A stretch of DNA of 53,854 bases from an uncultured virus (IMG/VR IMGVR_UViG_2778261679_000001) (Duplodnaviria > Heunggongvirae > Uroviricota > Caudoviricetes). The stretch's first letter is position 1; each line of letters begins with the position of its first letter. Position numbers and translations under genes: made by a program. Shown here one piece after another: positions 40,386-49,277 of this stretch. The stretch lies in IMG/VR virus record IMGVR_UViG_2778261679_000001; one strand, written 5' to 3'. Under the pieces are notes generated by a model. It searched no databases, had not been told where the DNA came from, and saw only the letters and a program-made list of their open reading frames with translations.

Positions 40386-40868
40386 ATGTCTAATATTAAC
40401 TTATTGGAAAAAATTTATGAACAATTTTTAATAGATAAGGATAAAGATAAAGCTTCTAACCTTATCTATGAAGAGTTTAAACGTTCTAATGAAACAGATT
40501 TTTCTGTTGTTACAGTTGTTTTTGGTAATGAATTTTTACCCATTCAAATAAGGTTAAAATGGGAACACATTCTTTCTGTTGCTTCTAAATCTTCTTTACC
40601 TACAATTATTTTATCAAATCTCATTATGGTTAATGAAGATTTCAAAGAAGAAGCTTATTTGGGATTAGAGTTCTTAAAAGAGTATAAGAAAGAACAATTT
40701 GAATCACTAAAAGAAGAAAGTATATCTTATTATATAGAAGTTCAAAAAGAAAATAATTCAAAATTTGAAATGAACAAAGAATCTATATTTGGATACCTTG
40801 AATACTCTATTTCTGGCTCTCCTTTTTATGAGGAAATTGTTTCAAGATTTAAGAGTATTTATGATTAA
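40386..40868 (+). CDS. hypothetical protein
   Basis: AAGG RBS, 160 aa. Confidence 0.7.
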   Translation: MSNINLLEKIYEQFLIDKDKDKASNLIYEEFKRSNETDFSVVTVVFGNEFLPIQIRLKWEHILSVASKSSLPTIILSNLIMVNEDFKEEAYLGLEFLKEYKKEQFESLKEESISYYIEVQKENNSKFEMNKESIFGYLEYSISGSPFYEEIVSRFKSIYD

Positions 40869-40919
40869 ATGGTTTTTTAATTCATTTTAAATAAATTAGC
40901 GTAAAAAACAAAAAAACAC

Positions 40920-40949
40920 TTGATTTTTTAATGCTAAATAGGATATACT
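40920..40949 (+). promoter_or_regulatory. sigma70-like promoter of the long ncRNA
   Basis: A-rich UP element, TTGATT-N18-TATACT. Confidence 0.65.
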
Positions 40950-40956
40950 TTATATC

Positions 40957-41667
40957 AAGGCGGTAAGGGAGACCTTACGAAAAACAATAACTAACTTAAA
41001 GGTGATTAGATATTTGACTTGGTTGATGTCCAAGTCACAGTAATGATAGCTTAAATTACTTGCACATAAATAAGTCGAGTATAGCCAAAAGCAACAAAAA
41101 AACAGTTTCTAACTGGCTTTTGATTACTGGTAGAGCATTAGATATTACATTATTATTTTATAATTTTAATTTAAAGGTGCGACACTTGATTTGGAGGTTA
41201 TCTGACTCGCTTCCATTGATGTCTTAGAGTCTATAACGAACTTAAAATGGTGAATAGATATCTGGATTGGCTGACGCCCAATTCACAACAATGAAACTTA
41301 GCTGTCCCTTATTGTTGGTAGAACGTCTGGTTATAAAATTATAATTTTTTAACTTAAAAGGTGCGACACTTGATTTGGAAGTTCCCTGACTCGCTTCCAT
41401 TGATGTCTTAGAGTCTTCACAAAACTAGAATGGTGAATAGATATCTGGATTGGTTAACGCCCAATTCACAACAGTAAAACTTAGTTGTCCTTTATTGTTG
41501 GTAGAGCGTTTGGAATTGAACATTTATTTAATTTTGAAAACTAATAGAATCGACAGAGGCTAACGATCAAAGCCTACTCCCTATGGAATCATTTGGTTCG
41601 TTCATTGCGGAGAGTCCAGAACCAAAACCGTTCGAACTCCTACCTCCGTGTAGGAGTTTGCCGCTTT
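40957..41667 (+). ncRNA. ~710-nt modular ncRNA with five homologous pseudoknot-like units
   Basis: Own promoter, 5' GNRA hairpin, repeated units with covarying stems, 3' hairpin, no long ORF. Confidence 0.6.
41170..41513 (+). repeat. imperfect tandem duplication, period ~184 bp (units B+A)
   Basis: GGTGCGACACTTGATTTGG at 41176 and 41360; GGTGAATAGATATCTGGATTGG at 41249 and 41432. Confidence 0.9.
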
Positions 41668-41746
41668 AGACGTTTTTTTGTTGCTTTCTTTTCCTAACTA
41701 TCATATAATCTATTCACTCCTTAAAGATAATTCAAAAGAGATTATT

Positions 41747-42136
41747 ATGATTGACACTACTGAAATTGATATCACTGACCTAATTCTTATTATCGACAAA
41801 AATCATAGACCAGAGCACCCTTCTTTGAAAGAAGTTGTTAAAGAAGAAGCGATTGATATGTTAATGTCAAATCTTCCTGAATCTTTTAAAAACTCCGCAA
41901 AGTTTCAAAAACTTATCAATAGTGATTCACCAGTTCAAGAGATACTTTTTGTTTTCTTTGGTAATCCAGATGAAGACGAACTTTCTATCGAACACCCTTA
42001 CATTTCTATCGTTAATGATAAAATTGAAATGACGATCCATCATTACTATACTTGTGGGGCTAATGATGAGCTTAAAGGCGTAGATATCCTTACACACAGC
42101 TTTACATTAGAAGAATTTGAAAGCAAATTAGGATAA
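41747..42136 (+). CDS. hypothetical protein
   Basis: Start moved to the ATG after GAGA. Confidence 0.7.
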   Translation: MIDTTEIDITDLILIIDKNHRPEHPSLKEVVKEEAIDMLMSNLPESFKNSAKFQKLINSDSPVQEILFVFFGNPDEDELSIEHPYISIVNDKIEMTIHHYYTCGANDELKGVDILTHSFTLEEFESKLG

Positions 42137-42276
42137 TTTAAAATTCGAAGCTGATAGATTGAAAAGAAAACTATTAGACGATATCTAAAAAAAGGCTACC
42201 TTGCAGCCTTTTTTGTTGTTTTAAAAACAATAAATTGCTATAATAATCTTATCTTAAACAAACAGAGATTAAAAAA

Positions 42277-42687
42277 ATGAGTCTAGTTAAAGTATATGTT
42301 TCAGCCAATTTAAAAGAAGACGCTCTAAAACAAGCAAAAGAACTTAAGACTAAAACAAATCAAACTCATTATGTTTGGGAGTATCCTAACCACAAAATTT
42401 CTGTTGTTGGAACTAGTAAAGGTATTTCTAGCTTTTTTGTAAAAGAAGAAGACCTTTACCCACGACACAAAGACTATGTTTCTGGCAATGAAACTCCTAT
42501 TAAAGTCATCCTTTCAGAAGACCCAAAAGAAGATGCAGATCGTGCTGCTCTTGCTGTTGCCTTTAATTCTAGTGACTCTATTACTGTTAAATCAATGTCT
42601 CCTGACATTGAAGGACAAGCACTTGTTGATTATGACAATCGAATTGTCGCTATTTTCCTAGACAAACGAAGAGAAATGATATTATAA
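42277..42687 (+). CDS. hypothetical protein
   Basis: 136-aa ORF. Confidence 0.75.
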   Translation: MSLVKVYVSANLKEDALKQAKELKTKTNQTHYVWEYPNHKISVVGTSKGISSFFVKEEDLYPRHKDYVSGNETPIKVILSEDPKEDADRAALAVAFNSSDSITVKSMSPDIEGQALVDYDNRIVAIFLDKRREMIL

Positions 42688-42828
42688 AATATTTAATAAC
42701 ATATTAAATATTTATTAAAATATTTAATATATTATTTTTTAGTATTGATTTTATTTTTTATTTTGATATAATATTGCCTATTGATTGGATTTAATTCATT
42801 CAATTTGTTAAAAATAGAGAGGTAAATT

Positions 42829-43200
42829 ATGTTTGTAGTCGTAAATAAAGATAATAATTCTGTAAATGTCGCTTTACAAGGTCTTGATTGTTTAGGTCTT
42901 GTTGAATCACACTGCATAAAAGTTAAAACAACTGGAAATAGTAAAAATGGCGTTGCTGAATTTGTTCCTGTCTTTGAAAGTGATTTTACTAACCTATTGC
43001 ATGACGAACTTGAATATATGAAGCTTGAAGACTTCATTAATCAAACACACGTATTGGAAGTCAACGAACTACCAATAACTAGTGAACAACGCAATACAGC
43101 AGTTAAATGGTATGCAGAAAATTGGAGCATTGAAACAATTGCACAAGAATTTGGCTTGCATGTTGAAGACATGAAAAAAGCCCTTCACAATAACCATTAA
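42829..43200 (+). CDS. hypothetical protein with possible C-terminal HTH
   Basis: WSIETIAQEFGLHVEDM; GAGG RBS. Confidence 0.7.
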   Translation: MFVVVNKDNNSVNVALQGLDCLGLVESHCIKVKTTGNSKNGVAEFVPVFESDFTNLLHDELEYMKLEDFINQTHVLEVNELPITSEQRNTAVKWYAENWSIETIAQEFGLHVEDMKKALHNNH

Positions 43201-43307
43201 ACTATTTTGAATAAAATAAACGTCTCTTTTGAGGCGTTTTTTATTGTTTTTAATTCTTCTTTTTGCTATAATATGTTTATTAAAATTCATGAATTTAAGG
43301 ATTCATT

Positions 43308-43682
43308 ATGAGTATCAAAATGTTTGACCACGAACCTATTTTAACCGTTATGTATCTTTATATTACCGTTGACGGTCTTCCTAAACCTATCAAGTTTTAC
43401 GAAAAAGAAGATCCATATAGTAATACAAGAAGTCCATCTGGTTCACTTTACGAAAGAACTGTCGAGTCTCGACACATTATAACGGTAGACAAGCTTTCAG
43501 AAGCTACAAAAATGACTTCTTTGATTACCTTTACTGATTTTCTTAAAGACCCACAAGTAGAGTTTAATGCGTTTCTTGACGAACACGGAATTAAGAAAGA
43601 AGATATTAAAATCGTTCGAGTTGACTACGAAGAACCAAAAGAACACCATATGAGCGGTGATGCCATTTTTGCATTGTTGTAA
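43308..43682 (+). CDS. hypothetical protein
   Basis: AAGGA RBS. Confidence 0.75.
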   Translation: MSIKMFDHEPILTVMYLYITVDGLPKPIKFYEKEDPYSNTRSPSGSLYERTVESRHIITVDKLSEATKMTSLITFTDFLKDPQVEFNAFLDEHGIKKEDIKIVRVDYEEPKEHHMSGDAIFALL

Positions 43683-43818
43683 TTTACTTAACAGTATATT
43701 AAAAACGTCTCAACCGAGGCGTTTTTTTTGTTTTAAAAATTGCTTTTTTACTTGATTTTTAAAGGTTTAATTGCTATTATTGCCTTGTCGAAATGAGAGA
43801 TAGAAAGAGGAATCTTTT

Positions 43819-44034
43819 ATGAGCTTCAATGTTAATACTGACGATTTTGGTACCACAACAGTTTCAATTGAAGGCAAAAGCCACCCAGACTTTGATTTCA
43901 ATCGTTGGAATCTAAGACGAGACGGTAACAGTGTTGATGTCGAGTTTTACATTCGTGGCGAACTAAAACAAGTGACTGTTAATTTCACTGAAAAAGAAGA
44001 GACTAAACGTTTGTACGTGAAAGACTATCTTTAA
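43819..44034 (+). CDS. hypothetical protein
   Basis: GAGG RBS. Confidence 0.7.
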   Translation: MSFNVNTDDFGTTTVSIEGKSHPDFDFNRWNLRRDGNSVDVEFYIRGELKQVTVNFTEKEETKRLYVKDYL

Positions 44035-44138
44035 AAATTATTAAAAAAGGGGTTTTTCTAAACCCTTTTTTCTTGCTTAATCCAAGCAAAAGAATTATAA
44101 TAAAGTCATACAGTTAATAAGCCTTTTGAGGAAAAACA

Positions 44139-44681
44139 ATGCGAGAATTCAAGTCAATTAATCTTTCTCTACTTCTTTCAGAACTACAAGGTTCTATCTC
44201 AGAAGATGTTATTATGATTGCTTCTTGTAATTATGGTGATCACTGCTCAACTCAACAAGTTATCCCACTTACGGGTGTTGAAATTGGCTACGTCCGTGAA
44301 AGTGCATATTCAAATTCAGGTTTCAAAATCATTGAAAACGATGATGAACGCCAACCTGACGACCAAAAGGTTATTATTCTTAATCCAGAAACGAACACAA
44401 ACGTTGATGACGCACTAACAGCGCAACAACTTGAAGAATGTATCGAAGAAATCCTAATGCAAGATACAGAGCTTCTAGAAACGCCTATTACCTTTGGTTC
44501 TCCATACGGTGATCGTGCAGGAACAATTCAAGCAAACAACGCTGACGTTTACGGTATGGGCGAATGTCGAGTTCAAGAATCTGCGTATTCTTCTTCTGGC
44601 ATGGCTATCATTTGTGAAGAAGATGAAACGGAGTTTGATACTGACACCGACAATGACACGAATTATTACACAATTGCTTAA
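44139..44681 (+). CDS. acidic protein with two internal repeats
   Basis: YGD...VxESAYSxSG occurs twice. Confidence 0.8.
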   Translation: MREFKSINLSLLLSELQGSISEDVIMIASCNYGDHCSTQQVIPLTGVEIGYVRESAYSNSGFKIIENDDERQPDDQKVIILNPETNTNVDDALTAQQLEECIEEILMQDTELLETPITFGSPYGDRAGTIQANNADVYGMGECRVQESAYSSSGMAIICEEDETEFDTDTDNDTNYYTIA

Positions 44682-44821
44682 ATAGGTTTAAACGATTGCA
44701 AAGCCGCCTCGTGCGGCTTTTTTTTTGTGACTTAAATATCCTTTTAAAATAATTAGAGTTTTTACTCTTGCGTTCTCTTTTTTTTGGAATATCCTAAAAG
44801 GAAAAACTAGGAGAATCCAAA

Positions 44822-44986
44822 ATGGAAGCCGTTTATCCATCAAGCCGAAACCACGACAAAATTCAAAAAACAAAACAAGAAGAAGAAAATATATGCTGTA
44901 TCATTAAGAAAATGTTCGAACTGCAGAGCAAACATGACTTGAAGAAAATGACGGTTAAAGAAATTGAAGAACTTTTGAAAAAATAA
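44822..44986 (+). CDS. small hypothetical protein (54 aa, not in the supplied ORF track)
   Basis: AGGAG RBS; MEAVYPSSRNH...EELLKK. Confidence 0.6.
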   Translation: MEAVYPSSRNHDKIQKTKQEEENICCIIKKMFELQSKHDLKKMTVKEIEELLKK

Positions 44987-45033
44987 ATAAAAAAAGCACA
45001 AATTCCTATTTGTGCTTTCTTTTTATCTTTCTA

Positions 45034-45360
45034 TTAAAGGTAATCTGTTACTTTTCTAACCTTATAAGGAACAAGCTGATCTTCTCTTGCATTTTCCTTA
45101 TAAATGTAATCAATAGGTACCGCTATGCTATAGACTCTATCAATTTCTTTCAAGATTGCTTGTATTTTTCTTGACGATTCAACGTCTGTCATTACTTGAT
45201 CCCACGTTAAAATAACACTAGGGACATCTGAATTGACTTCCTTTGCCTTATCAGAGACTATCTGTTTAAGCATTGAGTCTAATTTTTCAACCAACTCTTT
45301 TACCTCTAAACTGTATATTGGAACAAGAATAGGGACTTTATCCATTGTAACATTAATCAT
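45034..45360 (-). CDS. hypothetical protein
   Basis: GAGG RBS on minus strand. Confidence 0.65.
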   Translation of the reverse strand: MINVTMDKVPILVPIYSLEVKELVEKLDSMLKQIVSDKAKEVNSDVPSVILTWDQVMTDVESSRKIQAILKEIDRVYSIAVPIDYIYKENAREDQLVPYKVRKVTDYL

Positions 45361-45505
45361 ATATAAACCTCAATTATTATTAAACTACGAATATTTTATC
45401 ATAACTTTATACAAAAAAAAGCTTATACAACTAACTTTTAAATTGTCATTGTTTTTTTATTTTGCTATAATTATTTCACATTCAAAGAGAATCAAGGTTA
45501 TCAAA

Positions 45506-46060
45506 ATGACACCAAGTAACGCCACTGGTATTCGAGTCCCTTCTACTGCTACCGTTAGTGACGTTCAAGACAACGTTCGAGAATTTAAGCTTACTCCAAA
45601 AGAAATTGAAATCATTGTGTCTCAATTTCCCCGTAATACAGACTATTGTTTTTACAATGACATTTTTGAAAGAGATAGTTTCATTTTTGTTATTAACGGT
45701 GAATGGAAATTCTTAAATACTAATGGTGATGTCATTCAAGATTGGGATTGGAAAAAAGATCTAGACGATATTTATAAATCTATCGAAAATGACGCTTGCG
45801 GTGACTTAGAAGAACAAAAAGAAGAAAATCAACGTTTTGAAGACGGTTGGAGTATTACAAATGTAAATAGCCTTGAAACAACTTTCTGGAAAGAAGAGTT
45901 TGATAAGCTTGGTTTTGATAGTCTATTTGAAGATATGGATATCCCTGCCATTTTATCAAAAGGAATGAGCATTGAGGAACGAGCTTTGCTTATTATGCGT
46001 GAAAGCTGCCTTTCTGACGAAGAACGTGTAAAAAGAATCCTTGCTTTAAAACCTAATTAA
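45506..46060 (+). CDS. hypothetical protein
   Basis: Start moved to the ATG after AAGG. Confidence 0.75.
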   Translation: MTPSNATGIRVPSTATVSDVQDNVREFKLTPKEIEIIVSQFPRNTDYCFYNDIFERDSFIFVINGEWKFLNTNGDVIQDWDWKKDLDDIYKSIENDACGDLEEQKEENQRFEDGWSITNVNSLETTFWKEEFDKLGFDSLFEDMDIPAILSKGMSIEERALLIMRESCLSDEERVKRILALKPN

Positions 46061-46154
46061 AACAAAAAAAGGCTATCCTGATAGCCTTTTTTCTTGCTTA
46101 ATTTCGAACATTTTATTATAATTATTCTATTGAAAACACATAGAGAATGTAAAA

Positions 46155-46538
46155 ATGAATATTCAAAACGCACAAGCAAAATCAGATATTAATTGGCGTC
46201 ATTACCTTGCAATGTCTTTGAATGTTGCTAAATCTTTTGTTGACGCATTTTTTACATTAATCTTTATTGGATTTGTTTTTTCAATCTGGCTTGAATTATT
46301 TGAAATGAGCGACTTTATTGTTAACTGCTATCTTTGCTTTTCTGTTGCTTTTGGGCTTCATAAGCTCGTTAAGGAATGGGAGCAAAAAGGACTTCCACTA
46401 GACAATGATATCACTAATTTAAATAAAAAATATTTTGTTGATATTTTAGGGAGAATAGTTAAAATTGTTGTCTTTACTTTGGTTTTCTATTATATCTTTG
46501 AAGACACAATGATAGCTTATGCCGCAGCCAACAAATAA
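46155..46538 (+). CDS. membrane protein
   Basis: Three hydrophobic segments. Confidence 0.7.
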   Translation: MNIQNAQAKSDINWRHYLAMSLNVAKSFVDAFFTLIFIGFVFSIWLELFEMSDFIVNCYLCFSVAFGLHKLVKEWEQKGLPLDNDITNLNKKYFVDILGRIVKIVVFTLVFYYIFEDTMIAYAAANK

Positions 46539-46625
46539 AAAAGCCCGAAAGGGCTTTTTCTGTATGTTAATTATCCAATTTTTTTGCTATAATTAATACA
46601 TTTTAACAACCATGAGAAACATGAC

Positions 46626-47150
46626 ATGAGTATTAAAAAGAAACTTTCAAGTACCCTTTCTGATTTTCTTCTTCGAGTTAAATCACCTTACTATGATAAT
46701 CTCATCAAAGAAGAAAAAAAATTTATAAAAAACATGGAAGAAATGCTTCAAGGTCTTAGGCACATAAATAAGTTTTTGTCAGATCTTGATACTGAGTTTA
46801 ATACATACAATTCTCTTAAAAATGATTTTGATAAATTCCCTACTGAATTCAATTCAGATAAAGAAATAATGGTTGCAAAGAATAAACTAAGAAGTTTAAT
46901 GACTTATTCTTTGTTTAATACGCAATCATTAAACTCTCAATGGGATAGAGTTAAAAACCTTAAAGTCAGATACGATAGTATATTAAAAAGTTACTCATTT
47001 AAGGAACTTGAAAAACGTGGTAACTGCTCCGATATGGTTCGTGAAATAAAAGAGGGGGTTCGTTATTTTGACGACAAACTGATTCAATTAGCCCAAGTTC
47101 TTTCTGACAGTAAAGGGCTTGACCACAAACTAGCACAAGTTAAGATTTAA
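46626..47150 (+). CDS. hypothetical coiled-coil protein
   Basis: 174-aa ORF. Confidence 0.7.
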   Translation: MSIKKKLSSTLSDFLLRVKSPYYDNLIKEEKKFIKNMEEMLQGLRHINKFLSDLDTEFNTYNSLKNDFDKFPTEFNSDKEIMVAKNKLRSLMTYSLFNTQSLNSQWDRVKNLKVRYDSILKSYSFKELEKRGNCSDMVREIKEGVRYFDDKLIQLAQVLSDSKGLDHKLAQVKI

Positions 47151-47191
47151 CGCTTAATAAAAAAGAGTCTCTACTGAGACTCTTTTTTTGC

Positions 47192-47470
47192 TTATAATAA
47201 GGGCTGTAATTTTTCTTCTTCAATTGATAATTCTTTCACATGAAATCCAAGCTCCAAATGAACCGCCTCTATCAAATCATCAATAAACTCAATTGCGCTT
47301 TTTTCTGTGCTTCTCAACGCTGCTGTAATTACAGATTCAGGGATAGATTGACTTTCTTCCATTTCGTCCGATTCTGGCACTTCTAGCTTTACTACAATGC
47401 CTTTTAAATAAGACTCTAAGTTCATTTGTTTAACCGTGGTTCGGTCTGCTGTTGCGAATGTGTTTTTCAT
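47192..47470 (-). CDS. hypothetical protein
   Basis: AAGGA RBS; own minus-strand promoter. Confidence 0.7.
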   Translation of the reverse strand: MKNTFATADRTTVKQMNLESYLKGIVVKLEVPESDEMEESQSIPESVITAALRSTEKSAIEFIDDLIEAVHLELGFHVKELSIEEEKLQPLL

Positions 47471-47595
47471 AATATATCCTTCTCTATATTGATAATGATT
47501 CTCAATTGTATCAAGTTTTTTTTTAAAATACTAGTTTTTATTTTGTTTTTTTTAATGTTATAATTGCCTTGTTTTTAAAATAATAGAGGTTTGTT

Positions 47596-47826
47596 ATGAC
47601 TACTGAAGAAATCTTAAAAAAACGTTGGCTTGAAAAACAATCTGAAGTAAATATCAGCAATGTTAAAGTCAATATCCTTTCTTCTGAATACAATAACTTA
47701 TCTACCAAATATCACTTTGAGGTCTGTTACTCTATTGAAAGTGAATTCGTTATTGAACACAAAAAAGACGTTTTCTTAACAGAAGATATTGAACACGAAA
47801 TATACTTTAAAAAAGAAGTTATCTAG
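47596..47826 (+). CDS. hypothetical protein
   Basis: GAGG RBS. Confidence 0.7.
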   Translation: MTTEEILKKRWLEKQSEVNISNVKVNILSSEYNNLSTKYHFEVCYSIESEFVIEHKKDVFLTEDIEHEIYFKKEVI

Positions 47827-47923
47827 CGCACATTTTTGTTATGTTTGTTTTGATTTTCTTGTTCTTTATTTGTTATAATTTTATTATCAAGTCAAGATAT
47901 CTTTCAATAGTAAGAGGTGTATT

Positions 47924-48109
47924 ATGTTTGTAGAAACTAATGAAATTGTTAGCTATAATTGTTCTAACTGTGGTTCGCAATCTAAACTTGAAGTAAATTG
48001 TGTTTTCAAACCCGATCACAGTATGGAATGTTCTTGCGGTCAACACTTAAAATTTGCGGAAAACTTTAAAGACAAACGCAACACATATGGATTCGAAGAA
48101 GAATTCTAA
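47924..48109 (+). CDS. Zn-ribbon protein
   Basis: CSNCG...CSCG. Confidence 0.7.
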   Translation: MFVETNEIVSYNCSNCGSQSKLEVNCVFKPDHSMECSCGQHLKFAENFKDKRNTYGFEEEF

Positions 48110-48187
48110 AACAAAAAATCGGGTATTCGGATTAAAATTACATTATCAAATTAATCAAAAACTAACGAAAAGACGAGGATATGAGTT

Positions 48188-48424
48188 ATGACAACCTCAT
48201 TCACGGTTGAAACGGCACACCTACCTGAAAATGATGACATTACAGTTTACCTTGAATTACTCGATAAATTCTCAGTCGAGAAATTTGGCAAAACAGCAGA
48301 TCTTATGGTTGATATGTTTGATACAGATATTGAAACAGAAGATATATTAAAAGGTTACTTCAGTAACTGCATACCAATTATTGAAGCGATAAACGATATA
48401 GAAAAAAAATCATTATCTAAATAA
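48188..48424 (+). CDS. hypothetical protein flanked by inverted repeats
   Basis: GAGG RBS. Confidence 0.65.
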   Translation: MTTSFTVETAHLPENDDITVYLELLDKFSVEKFGKTADLMVDMFDTDIETEDILKGYFSNCIPIIEAINDIEKKSLSK

Positions 48425-48495
48425 TCCGAATATCCAAAAAATTAATAAAAAGGCACTCTTTCGAGTGTCTTTTTTTATGTCTAGATTTTATGCAT

Positions 48496-48591
48496 AAAAA
48501 AAAGGCGACTTCAACCTGAAATCACCTTATGGTCATTAAATTAATGACGAGGAAACAATATGAGGACTATTTAAACCTTCGCCTAAACAGT
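48496..48591 (-). ncRNA. ~96-nt sRNA, paralog 1
   Basis: Minus promoter TTGATT(48626-21)-N17-TATAAT(48603-598); 5' hairpin, CCUCAUAUUGU core, hairpin, U8 terminator. Confidence 0.65.
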
Positions 48592-48649
48592 GAAATTATT
48601 ATATCTCAATTAGATTTTAAAATCAATATAAAAAATACACTTTTTTGCA

Positions 48650-49096
48650 TTAATTCCACGATATACCCGACCCTAGCTTTTTACATTCTTCTAGCTTGGC
48701 GTCATACGCCTTCGTAAAACCAGATAATGTGACTGTTTGAGTCGAATCACTTACATTACCTGTAATTGTAATTGTATTACTTTCTTTCATTGCCAACACC
48801 ATTTTTTCTTCAAAACTGTATTTTGAAGGTGTTAGCTTTGTTCCTGTTCGACCATAAGCCACACCTTTTAAATAAGCGTCTTTATGACCTTTATCTGTTG
48901 TATACTTGACGAATTTTGTAGAAGACTTCAATGAAGTTTTGAAGTCAATAATCAAAGAAGGCATTGCATATGGATTACCGTAACCTATTTCACAGCCTAA
49001 TTTTAAGACAGATTGTTTGTTTTCCCAATTACTTGCAGCTATTGAAGGTGTCGAAAATGCTAGACCTAATGTAAAAATTGCGATTTTTATTTTCAT
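48650..49096 (-). CDS. secreted protein with IalB-like C-terminus
   Basis: Signal peptide; AMKESNTITI...TLSGFTKAY. Confidence 0.65.
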   Translation of the reverse strand: MKIKIAIFTLGLAFSTPSIAASNWENKQSVLKLGCEIGYGNPYAMPSLIIDFKTSLKSSTKFVKYTTDKGHKDAYLKGVAYGRTGTKLTPSKYSFEEKMVLAMKESNTITITGNVSDSTQTVTLSGFTKAYDAKLEECKKLGSGISWN

Positions 49097-49181
49097 TTGA
49101 TTACCTTGTTTTGTTTGATTTTGGTTTTGTGTGACTATTGTAGCATATTCTATTTTATAAATCTAATTCTATTTTGGAAAT

Positions 49182-49277
49182 AAAAAAGGGATAGTCCCAC
49201 TTGGGGCTATCCCGTATCACCAGTACAAGTGACTAAGTACAATATGAGGAGGACTTTCTAAGTTTCCCCTAGAAAGT
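49182..49277 (-). ncRNA. ~96-nt sRNA, paralog 2
   Basis: Minus promoter TTGATT(49312-07)-N17-TATAAT(49289-84); 5' hairpin, CCUCCUCAUAUUGU core, hairpin, U6 terminator. Confidence 0.65.

Noticed and set aside
41001..41513. CRISPR array
   Set aside because: Units are 55-140 nt, structured and divergent, with no identical repeats separated by unique spacers and no cas genes in the window.
41550..41590. c-di-GMP-I riboswitch (GGCTAAC...CAAAGCC)
   Set aside because: Lacks the GAAA-capped P2 stem and receptor-bearing P3, and there is no coupled downstream gene.
40957..41667. tmRNA, RNase P RNA or group I/II intron
   Set aside because: No tRNA-like acceptor/T arm with CCA, and no recognisable RNase P or intron core motifs.
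42688..42735. AT-rich palindromic TATTTAATA repeats as a replication origin
   Set aside because: Expected by chance at this AT content, with no iterons or replication genes nearby.
48529..48717. 62-aa + strand ORF
   Set aside because: It overlaps the minus-strand sRNA, its promoter and the end of gene 48650, and has no RBS.
49253..49277. Type I-F crRNA mimic (CTTAGAAA handle)
   Set aside because: The octamer sits inside a stem, the paralog lacks it, and there is no Cas6f-type hairpin.
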